From Planctomycetota bacterium (GTDB lineage Bacteria; Planctomycetota; Planctomycetia; Pirellulales; Pirellulaceae), in contig JACTND010000235.1 in NCBI GenBank assembly GCA_014584305.1, forward strand, positions 1 to 61,946: DNA of 61,946 nt. Direction: 5' to 3'. A program made the position numbers and the translations under genes. This document shows positions 54,052-61,946 of this stretch, one piece after another. Below the pieces are notes generated by a model, which worked only from the letters and a program-made list of their open reading frames with translations, did no database searches and had not been told where the DNA came from. Each line of letters opens with the position of its first letter. Positions within the stretch are counted from its first letter, which is position 1.

Positions 54052-57000
54052 ATGCTCAATCAGGTTATTGCATTCTCGCTACGCAACCGTGCATTGGTTG
54101 CCGCTTTGGCCGTCGTGGCAATGCTGTTCGGCTTGTATCAACTGCGGGAAATGCCGCTTGACGTATTTCCCGATCTTAATCGCCCCACCGTGACGGTCAT
54201 GACCGAGGCCCCCGGACTCGCGCCGGAAGAAGTCGAAGTCCTCGTCACCCGACAGATTGAATACCTGGTCAACGGGGCGACCGGAGTCAAACGCGTCCGC
54301 TCCGCTTCGGGAATCGGACTCTCAATCGTCTGGGTGGAGTTTGAATGGGGAACGGACATCTACAAGGATAGGCAAATCGTCGCTGAAAAGCTGCAACTTG
54401 CACGCGAGCGTTTACCCCAGGGTACTAATCCAGTGATGGCGCCTATTTCTTCGATCATGGGCGAAATCATGCTTTTGGGGTTGCGTTCGAACGCACCGGC
54501 CGCAACGGAAACAGAACGCGCCGACCAGTTGATGGAGTTGCGGACACTGGCAGAGTTCACCATCCGCAATCGCTTGCTGGCTGTGGAGGGTATCTCCCAG
54601 GTCACGGTCATGGGTGGCATCCTCAAACAGTTTCAAGTCATCACATCCCCCCAACGACTTGCCGCCCAGAACGTGACGTTGCAACAACTTACGGAAGCTG
54701 CAGAAAAGGCCAATGTCATGACCGGCGGCGGCATCATGGAACGCGGCGAGAAAGAATCTCTCATACGAATCAGCGGACAAAGCTTCGCAATCGAGCAGAT
54801 TCAGAACACTGTCGTCGCCTGGAGGGATCCCCGACCAGTCTTGCTGCGCGATGTTGCCGACGTTCGCCTGGGAGGGCCAGTCCGGCGGGGAGATGGGAGT
54901 GTTTGGGTCAAGGAGAACGGCCAAGCCGTCGGCGGCGACGCCGTGATCCTGGCAGTTCAGAAACAGCCCAATGCCGACACGCTCAAACTTGACGATCAAC
55001 TGGAGATCGTGCTCGACGCGCTCCAGGAAGACCTTCCTTCAAACGTGGTGATCGAACGGCGCATCTTCAAACAGGCCGACTTTATTAACGCCGCTATCAA
55101 CAATGTCGTGGAAGCGGTCCGTGACGGAGCGCTCTGGGTCGTCGTAATCCTGTTCCTGTTCATGTGGAATTTCCGGGTTAGCATCAGTTCGCTGACGGCG
55201 ATGCCGTTGTCGATTCTGCTCACTATCATTGTCTTTCGCGTGATGGGTATCTCCATCAACACCATGACCATGGGTGGAATTGCCGTGGCCATCGGAGACC
55301 TTGTCGACGACTCCATCGTCGATATCGAGAACATCCTCCGCAGACTGAAACTGAATCGGCAGTCTGCAAATCCCCAGAACCCGCTCAAGATTGTCTTCCT
55401 TGCATCAAGCGAAGTGCGGAATTCCATCGTCTATGCCACCCTGATTGTCACGTTGGTGGTTTTGCCGTTGTTCGCGCTGGAAGGGCTCGAAGGACGCATG
55501 TTTGCACCGCTGGGAATCGCGTACATCGTTTCCCTTTTGTGTTCGCTGCTGGTTTCGCTAACCGTCACGCCGGTACTCGGCTCACTTCTCCTCCCACGAG
55601 CGAAATTCCTGGAAGAGCGAAGGGATCCCCTTTTGTTGCGTGGCCTGAAATCGGCTGCAACTAGCGTATTGCGAACCACGTTGCGGCACGCGAACGCGAT
55701 TCTGATTGCAGTTGCCGTCCTGTGCGCTGTTTCGATCACATCGATACTCTGGATGGGAGGCGAGTTTCTCCCACCCTTCAACGAAGGGACGTTGACGATC
55801 AACGTTCAGGCTGAACCGGGGACAAGTTTGGCAGAAAGCAATCGCGTCGCCCGCCAGGTCGAGAGCCTGCTGCTGGAGGTTCCCGAAGTTGCTTCCGTAT
55901 CGCGACGAACGGGCAGGGCTGAACTGGATGAACACGCCGAAGGGGTTAATTCGTCGGAGATCGATGTCCGGTTATACCCTCACGAAGTCCAGAAACCCGG
56001 AATGCTGTTTTTCGTGTTCCGACTCACCCCGATTGCCCACTACTGGGGCTACGACCGGCAGGGACGCGAGCGTGAAGAAGTGCTCGTCGACATTCGCGAC
56101 AAGGTCACCAGCGTACCAGGTGTCAAAGTTAATGTCGGCCAGCCGATTTCACACCGGCTCGACCACATCATGTCAGGCGTGCGAGCCCAGATCGCCGTCA
56201 AGATTTTCGGCAACGATTTGCGTGAGCTCCGAACCGCCGCCCAGGAAGTCTACGAACAAATGGCGCAGGTCGAGGGGGTGGTGGATTTGCAAATCGAACC
56301 GCAGATCGAGATTTCACAACTCCGCTTGCGTGTCCGGCACGAGGAAGCGGCTCGCTACGGATTGGCTCCAGGCGATATCGCCCAGATGCTGGAGACAGCC
56401 TACAAGGGTCGCCGAGTTTCACAGATTCTGGAGGAGGATCGCTATTTCGATCTGATCGTCTGGTTCGACGAGAATTCCCGGAATGATCCTGTACAGATAA
56501 ACCGTACGATTCTCGATACGCCTTCCGGTCGCAAAGTTGCTTTGGGTACCGTGGCCGAAGTTCTCGACACCAGTGGTCCGAACACTCTCAACCGGGAAAA
56601 CGTGCAACGACGGATCGTAGTGTTTTGCAACGTCCACGGTCGTGATCTTTCCAGCGTCGTGGCCGATATCAAGGCGAGACTGACGTCGATCGAGTCTTCA
56701 ATTCGCAATCTCCCCGGCGACTACCGGATCGAACTTGGCGGACAATTTGAAGCCCAGCAACAGGCCAATTTCCGACTTGCCATTCTCGGAACGGCCGCTG
56801 TCTTTGGAGTGTTTCTGCTTCTCTGCAAGGCCGTTCATTCATGGGTGGCGGCATTGCAGGTATTGGCAAATATCCCGCTTGCCGCAATGGGTTCGGTCAT
56901 CGCCTTGCTTCTAACCAATTGGCCGGATTGGCAACCCTTGCAAGCAGCCAATTGGTGGGAATGGCCAAAGGTCTGGATTCAGGCTACGAGTTTGTCCGTT

Positions 57001-57651
57001 GCGCATTGGGTTGGCTTTATCACGCTCATCGGGATCGTCAGCCGGAACGGGATCATGATGATCTCACACTACATCCACTTGGTGCAGCACGAAGGGGAGA
57101 CGTTCAGCGAGCAGATGATCATTCGCGGCAGCCTTGAGCGACTGGCCCCCGTAATGATGACTGCAACGACGAGCTTTGTTGGATTGCTTCCACTTTTGTT
57201 TGGGGCCGGTCAGACGGGGAAGGAAATCCTGTATCCACTGGCTGTTGTCGTGTTTGGCGGAATGTTGGCCTCAACACTCCTCGATCAGATCGTAACCCCA
57301 GCTTTGTTCTACAAGTTTGGCGGGCGGGTGTTTCTCAAGGAGTCCGACTTTGCACTCATTGACAACGAATTGGAAGAAAAAGCAGAGAAGTGGTTTCCCA
57401 CGCGAATAACGAACAGACAGTCTAACATTGCAAGCTCAACAATCTTGACGAACAACGCGCCCCTGGAAAGCCATGTACCGGTTTCGTCCAATCCTGAAAG
57501 ATCCGGTGATTCGGAAACCGCCAATCCCGTTTCCACGGATTCGCCGGGCGATTCGCAGTTTCGTGTAGGAAACGAGCCGGACACAAAATCCGACGGAAAT
57601 CAACTGTCTTCGGACCAAGATACGAATTCAGCTCAGGAACCCAATCCATGA
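54052..57651 (+). CDS. CusA/CzcA-family heavy-metal efflux RND transporter with ~110-aa low-complexity C-terminal tail
   Basis: 1199 aa. MLNQVIAFSLRNRALVAALAVV..., AIGDLVDDSIVDIENI, and an RND 12-TM pattern. Confidence 0.9.
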   Translation: MLNQVIAFSLRNRALVAALAVVAMLFGLYQLREMPLDVFPDLNRPTVTVMTEAPGLAPEEVEVLVTRQIEYLVNGATGVKRVRSASGIGLSIVWVEFEWGTDIYKDRQIVAEKLQLARERLPQGTNPVMAPISSIMGEIMLLGLRSNAPAATETERADQLMELRTLAEFTIRNRLLAVEGISQVTVMGGILKQFQVITSPQRLAAQNVTLQQLTEAAEKANVMTGGGIMERGEKESLIRISGQSFAIEQIQNTVVAWRDPRPVLLRDVADVRLGGPVRRGDGSVWVKENGQAVGGDAVILAVQKQPNADTLKLDDQLEIVLDALQEDLPSNVVIERRIFKQADFINAAINNVVEAVRDGALWVVVILFLFMWNFRVSISSLTAMPLSILLTIIVFRVMGISINTMTMGGIAVAIGDLVDDSIVDIENILRRLKLNRQSANPQNPLKIVFLASSEVRNSIVYATLIVTLVVLPLFALEGLEGRMFAPLGIAYIVSLLCSLLVSLTVTPVLGSLLLPRAKFLEERRDPLLLRGLKSAATSVLRTTLRHANAILIAVAVLCAVSITSILWMGGEFLPPFNEGTLTINVQAEPGTSLAESNRVARQVESLLLEVPEVASVSRRTGRAELDEHAEGVNSSEIDVRLYPHEVQKPGMLFFVFRLTPIAHYWGYDRQGREREEVLVDIRDKVTSVPGVKVNVGQPISHRLDHIMSGVRAQIAVKIFGNDLRELRTAAQEVYEQMAQVEGVVDLQIEPQIEISQLRLRVRHEEAARYGLAPGDIAQMLETAYKGRRVSQILEEDRYFDLIVWFDENSRNDPVQINRTILDTPSGRKVALGTVAEVLDTSGPNTLNRENVQRRIVVFCNVHGRDLSSVVADIKARLTSIESSIRNLPGDYRIELGGQFEAQQQANFRLAILGTAAVFGVFLLLCKAVHSWVAALQVLANIPLAAMGSVIALLLTNWPDWQPLQAANWWEWPKVWIQATSLSVAHWVGFITLIGIVSRNGIMMISHYIHLVQHEGETFSEQMIIRGSLERLAPVMMTATTSFVGLLPLLFGAGQTGKEILYPLAVVVFGGMLASTLLDQIVTPALFYKFGGRVFLKESDFALIDNELEEKAEKWFPTRITNRQSNIASSTILTNNAPLESHVPVSSNPERSGDSETANPVSTDSPGDSQFRVGNEPDTKSDGNQLSSDQDTNSAQEPNP

Positions 57652-57779
57652 TGCCCGGAACGCAAGACGTGCGCACTGAACACGGTTCAATTGAAAGGAA
57701 GCCTATGCCCGAACTGATTTAGATCCAATCAACCAACCGATTTTTTTGAATGAGTTTTGTACACTTTTGGAGAATTACG

Positions 57780-58652
57780 ATGAAACAACTCTTGTCCCTG
57801 TTCATGATCGCATTGTTTACCAATTTCGCCGCTGCCCAATCGCCAACTCCGGCGCAACTTTCCCCTTCCGACCAGTTACTGGCGTCTGTTCAGGGAATCT
57901 GTCCCGTCATGGGGGAAAAGCTCGGCGCAATGGGTGACCTGATCAAAATCCAGGTCGAGGGAGAAACGGCATTCCTTTGCTGCGAAGACTGCATGGGTAA
58001 GGCCATCAACCCCGAACACTGGAAGACCATCCAGGCCAATATGGCCAAGGCCCAGGGGATTTGCCCCGTGATGAAACGTGAGTTGCCGGAAAACGCCTCG
58101 TCGACAGTCGTCAATGGGCGACGAATCTTCGTTTGCTGTCCTCCTTGCTCGAAAAAAATCGCGGCCGACCCCGCCACTTTCACGGCGATGGTGGATGAAA
58201 AATACACGGCATACGTCGCTGCAACCGCCGCCCACGAAGCGGTCCACCTTCGCATAACTGCCCAGAAAATCTGTCCTGTTTCGGGCAACGAACTCGGTTC
58301 AATGGGCGAACCCGTTTCGGTCAAAACTGCGGAAGGCGAGGAAGTGTTCCTGTGCTGCAAGGGCTGCGAGGGGAAAGCTGCGGATGCGAACCATTGGGCT
58401 TCCATTCAATCCAACTTGCGAGCAGCGCAAGGAAAATGCCCTGTCATGGACAAGGCTCTGACCGAGAACGCCAAATCGGTGGTCGTGAATGGCCGTCGCG
58501 TCTTCATTTGCTGTCCCGGCTGCGAAAAAAAATTGGCCGCCGACCCGAGGACGTTTCTGTCGAAGGTTGACCAACTCTACGCAGCAAACGTGCATTCGGG
58601 CCATCATGCCGAGGCGCACGCGGAACCACACGGTCATGGACACGACAAATAG
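57780..58652 (+). CDS. secreted protein with four tandem YHS/TRASH-like Cys motifs and a His-rich tail
   Basis: Start placed at MKQLLSLFMIALFTNFAAAQ. Four repeats of the (I/K)CPV(M/S)...(F/V)(L/V/I)CC..C pattern. C-terminus HSGHHAEAHAEPHGHGHDK. Confidence 0.7.
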   Translation: MKQLLSLFMIALFTNFAAAQSPTPAQLSPSDQLLASVQGICPVMGEKLGAMGDLIKIQVEGETAFLCCEDCMGKAINPEHWKTIQANMAKAQGICPVMKRELPENASSTVVNGRRIFVCCPPCSKKIAADPATFTAMVDEKYTAYVAATAAHEAVHLRITAQKICPVSGNELGSMGEPVSVKTAEGEEVFLCCKGCEGKAADANHWASIQSNLRAAQGKCPVMDKALTENAKSVVVNGRRVFICCPGCEKKLAADPRTFLSKVDQLYAANVHSGHHAEAHAEPHGHGHDK

Positions 58653-58807
58653 TCCGGTTGAATCGCTCCTGCCTGATTGAGTCAACACAAATTCTCCGTA
58701 ATCGCGGTCAGCATCGCTGATTCGCGATTACGGGGGCTCTATTTTCATGACCCTCATCAATCCGTCACCACGCTGAAGCTTTGAATTGCCCGGCAAATGC
58801 GGATTGC

Positions 58808-60421
58808 TCAGTCCTTGCTCGGACTGGATTGTTGCGGGGCGCTGATCTTTTCCGACGACACGACATGGCCAATTTCCATGTTCGCCCCTCCAAAGATCGC
58901 AAAATTACCTTCGGCCAACACGATAAGCCGATGAAAGAAACGGGGAGTCTTCGCCCGACCACAAAGTTCCCAGGCCGAGAAGTCGTCGGACAATCGGTAG
59001 AGTCCGCCGTCATTGGAATTAACGAACAAGCCGTGTTTATTCCAGCAACAGGCGGCACCAAAACCTGCCATCTCACTCTGGTCCGGAAGGCCTGGACCCG
59101 CTTTCCAAACCTGTCGGTCGATATCGAACAATTCGACAGTATTCACAGGCTCACCATTCTCTGCCATCCCACCGACCGATACCAAATGCCTCTCCCAAAT
59201 GCCAATCGACAACGCTCGACGCCTGGTTGGCGGGGACGCCATTTCCATCCACTCCGAATCGGGATTCGCCAAGTCAAAACTCAAAGTCGGCTCTGGCCAA
59301 ACAGCGTTCATGTCTCCCCTCAATTCCCATCCACCGACGACATAAACCGTGTTGTCCACCACAACCGCGTCAAAAGATGAGCGGCCTGACGGGAGATTCG
59401 GAAGCGGAATCCAGACTTTCGACTCAAAATCAAATCGGGCGAATTCGGACGACGAATGTAAGTCCTGGTCCGCCGAGAGTTGATTGCGCGCTTCCATCCC
59501 TCCTATTCGATAGAGGTTGCCGCGATGCGCCACCAACGCCAGGCCCTGTAGCCGCGGTCCTCGCCCAATTGATCGCCACGCGACCGGATTTCTTAAATCC
59601 AGTTCAAGCAGGTCGTCGCTTTGCGTCTCGACCGAGTATTCGTGGGCTTGGCCGAAATGTCCGCCAAAGACAAACAATCGTTCCTCAATTCGTGCGCAAC
59701 CAAAACTGGTCAATCCCATTGGCAAGTCCCCCAAAGGATTGGTATCTGCCTCAAACGCGGGATCGACAACGCTTACCACCAGCGTGCAGTAGTAAGCCTG
59801 CTCAGGTTGGGAACCTGAGGCTGGAACCACGTGTTTTGCAATCAAGGCAACTTCGCCGGTTTGCGGCTGGATACTGAACTCTCCTGGTGCGATGGGTTCG
59901 ACCACTTGAGGATCGTTGTCCGATCGAAGCCGTTTCAACAGTACGGGCGTTCGACCACCATTGTAGTACGAACAGATCTTGAGCTGTCCCTCCTCGATCT
60001 GTGGGACCAACGAAAGTGCTCCACGACTTGGCACTTCAGATTCCCGATCGGAACGTAACCGAATGTTTTGCGCAAAATAGCGCAAATGAGTAGTTTTGCC
60101 ATTTCGCTCGAAAGTGCCATAGTCGTGCTCGACAAAAATGTCGTTTGTCGAATCGACGCCCACTACATCCAACCAGCCTAGAGAATCCCTGGTAACCAGC
60201 TTGATTTGGCTCGCAGCGACAGGTAGTTCCCCACACCAAACGGAAAATAGCTCGGGACCTTTCAAAAACTCCGCCTTATCCGGTTCTGGACGCTCCCCAA
60301 AACAGATTCTCGTTTCCCCGTCTACCCTAACAATCCAAACGTAATGTGCCGATGCACTGCTAACGAAAATGGAGAGGAAAACCGCAGCTGCCGCAAACGC
60401 GGATTGGAGTCGTTTTGACAT
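58808..60421 (-). CDS. secreted Kelch-repeat beta-propeller protein
   Basis: 537 aa. Signal peptide AAAAVFLSIFVSSASA. Kelch-like blades (LFVFGGHFG, NLYRIGGMEA, VYVVGGWEL, LVSVGGMAENGEP, FAIFGGAN). Confidence 0.7.
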   Translation of the reverse strand: MSKRLQSAFAAAAVFLSIFVSSASAHYVWIVRVDGETRICFGERPEPDKAEFLKGPELFSVWCGELPVAASQIKLVTRDSLGWLDVVGVDSTNDIFVEHDYGTFERNGKTTHLRYFAQNIRLRSDRESEVPSRGALSLVPQIEEGQLKICSYYNGGRTPVLLKRLRSDNDPQVVEPIAPGEFSIQPQTGEVALIAKHVVPASGSQPEQAYYCTLVVSVVDPAFEADTNPLGDLPMGLTSFGCARIEERLFVFGGHFGQAHEYSVETQSDDLLELDLRNPVAWRSIGRGPRLQGLALVAHRGNLYRIGGMEARNQLSADQDLHSSSEFARFDFESKVWIPLPNLPSGRSSFDAVVVDNTVYVVGGWELRGDMNAVWPEPTLSFDLANPDSEWMEMASPPTRRRALSIGIWERHLVSVGGMAENGEPVNTVELFDIDRQVWKAGPGLPDQSEMAGFGAACCWNKHGLFVNSNDGGLYRLSDDFSAWELCGRAKTPRFFHRLIVLAEGNFAIFGGANMEIGHVVSSEKISAPQQSSPSKD

Positions 60422-60574
60422 TGGGAAACCCTGAAAAGTCTCGCGAATTGCCTGTAAAATGGCGAGAAATCCGCTGGTTAGTACTTAAGATCAAAGACGA
60501 ATAATAGACGGCGAAATTAAGCCAGACAAGCGGGGCGCAACTTGCCTGAACACAGCAATTCGCCGGACGTGAAC

Positions 60575-61771
60575 TTAGCCCGCCTGCCGCGCTATAGGGA
60601 CAAGCCTCTGAAACGGGTTTATTGATCTCGATGTGTTCCAAGGCCGTTCCACGTACTTAAACATCAGCCATGACGCGGCGTAAGTCACCGGATAAACGGT
60701 AAGGCAGCCGACAACAGCGACGGCGATTCTGTTATCGACGCCGGGCCACCACGTAAAGAAGTTAAACAGGCAGACCTCGATCACGACCCAGTGGACGAGG
60801 TAACTGGAGTACGAAATCTTGCCGAGGAAGTTGATCGGCGTGCAATTCAGAACCCAACGCCCGAATTCAAGCGGCCAAACCCGGTGCGAATGAACCCGAT
60901 CATAAAGAATCACCGCCAGCGTGGCGAACCACAGTTTAAAAGGTAAAGAGGTTAATGCCATCTCGATCCCAAGCAATCCCCAAAAGAGACCGATTGCGAA
61001 CCATTGCCGCCGACCCCGTATCCGAGGCAACTTTTTCCACACAAAGTAACTCACGATGCCTGTCAGAAAATAGCTCCCCGTTGCGAGGCTCATGGAAGAG
61101 TTGATTCTCGTCAACGGCTCGTGGCACAATGCTATTCCGGCGACCAGTGCGGCCAATCCCAAACTTTTGATCCACCATCGCTGGCGGTAAAGACCAATCA
61201 AAAAAGGCATGACCAAATAGAACATCCACTCCAGGGACAAACTCCAGGTCGGCGGCAGAAAGGTCTCGTGAGCATTCGGAAAAATGGCCCGCGGCAGCAG
61301 GCTTTGAACCAACAACGAATCTGCCAACGCATAGAGCCAGAAATTCTCGCCGACTTCATCCAAACGCGCCTCGGTCTCATGGCCAAATGAGACGCCCGGA
61401 TGCTTTAATGCCACGTCTCGTGACACATCCGACAGCCCGATCGCAAGCAAAATGCAAATTACATAAACCGGATAGATCCGGAAGAACCTGCGTCGCATAA
61501 ACTCCAACCAGTTCACTAAGCCTGATTCCAGTGCATAAGTCACGACAAATCCACTCAGCATCATGAAAACGTAGACGCCCAGCACGGGTGAAAAAATGAT
61601 CCCAAATAGGCCATCGGTATAGGTGAACCCGCTGAACAACAAGATGTGACCAAAGATCACCCAGGCGGCGAGAATCCCCCGCAACCCTTCAAACTCAGGG
61701 ATGCGACTCGTCTTGATCAGCCGTTTGGATTCTGTCGGAAGGTCCTGACTGTTTTCGCACTTGTTCAACAT
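60575..61771 (-). CDS. membrane acyltransferase family 3 protein
   Basis: 398 aa with about ten hydrophobic helices. N-terminal FEGLRGILAAWVIFGHIL motif. Confidence 0.75.
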   Translation of the reverse strand: MLNKCENSQDLPTESKRLIKTSRIPEFEGLRGILAAWVIFGHILLFSGFTYTDGLFGIIFSPVLGVYVFMMLSGFVVTYALESGLVNWLEFMRRRFFRIYPVYVICILLAIGLSDVSRDVALKHPGVSFGHETEARLDEVGENFWLYALADSLLVQSLLPRAIFPNAHETFLPPTWSLSLEWMFYLVMPFLIGLYRQRWWIKSLGLAALVAGIALCHEPLTRINSSMSLATGSYFLTGIVSYFVWKKLPRIRGRRQWFAIGLFWGLLGIEMALTSLPFKLWFATLAVILYDRVHSHRVWPLEFGRWVLNCTPINFLGKISYSSYLVHWVVIEVCLFNFFTWWPGVDNRIAVAVVGCLTVYPVTYAASWLMFKYVERPWNTSRSINPFQRLVPIARQAG

Positions 61772-61847
61772 GATGGTCCCAATTGCCCTTCTCTCCGGTC
61801 CAGAAATAATCCGCCAGCCCTATTTAGGTCGAGGCCGGCATCGAAAG

Positions 61848-61946
61848 GGCAACAGCCTTCCCAATGAACGGCTTCGTCGGGGACGAGTATGGCCAAAGGT
61901 TCGGAGCGAAGAGTGACTTCTCCCGTTCCAAAGGTCTCATTTCGGA
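61848..61946. repeat. exact direct repeat of 45774..45872 (interior of the frameshifted adaptor gene), truncated by the window end
   Basis: Aligned by eye base for base: 99/99 identical. Identity begins at ggcaacagcc and runs to the last base of the window. Confidence 0.9.

Overview
All calls below come from reading the sequence and the ORF translations and recognising motifs. No database search was run.

The window looks like a chromosomal segment from a moderately GC-rich, Planctomycete-like genome. That assignment is inferred from gene content: PQQ-like beta-propeller proteins, prenyltransferase-repeat proteins, Cys-rich RND adaptors, and frequent ATGA or TTG translational coupling. It divides into three blocks.

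**Block 1 (1-12.4 kb).** Ten co-directional minus-strand genes form one operon-like array. It contains an ExbB/ExbD/ExbD motor, two tandem paralogous single-pass proteins, a PQQ-like beta-propeller protein, a family-5 SBP-like protein and a prenyltransferase-repeat protein. It also includes a partial gene at the left edge that the ORF track missed.

**Block 2 (about 12.8-41.4 kb).** tRNA-Phe(GAA) at 12779-12851 is followed directly by a tyrosine integrase and a composite, partly degraded mobile island.
- The island carries an excisionase, a split type IV coupling protein (T4CP) and a 5'-truncated relaxase-helicase.
- A tight five-gene plus-strand operon follows: Eco57I-family N6-adenine methyltransferase, Lamassu/ABC-3C-like coiled-coil ATPase, TIR (ThsB), SIR2-SLOG (ThsA) and a DUF1863-type TIR (ThsB).
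- Next come a second tight pair (large membrane protein plus a second T4CP-like ATPase) and a second tyrosine recombinase.
- The island ends with a minus-strand block resembling a conjugative leading region (ArdC, RadC, HhH-GPD glycosylase-like, PC4-like ssDNA binder), interspersed with plus-strand modules, and a Ser/Thr kinase.
- Two families of short structured repeats with compensatory base changes lie in this part.

**Block 3 (41.9-61.9 kb).** This is a metal-efflux region.
- It has two CusA/CzcA-type RND pumps. One adaptor is frameshifted and the other is a covalently duplicated adaptor.
- Accessory genes include YHS/TRASH-type and Cys/His-rich proteins, a decayed BNR gene, a Kelch protein and an acyltransferase.
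- An exact repeat of at least 99 bp (45774-45872 = 61848-61946) brackets about 16 kb.

**Best candidates for something new:**
1. The Thoeris core hard-wired to an SMC-like ABC ATPase and a methyltransferase.
2. The membrane-protein plus T4CP-like ATPase pair next to it.
3. The two structured-repeat families.
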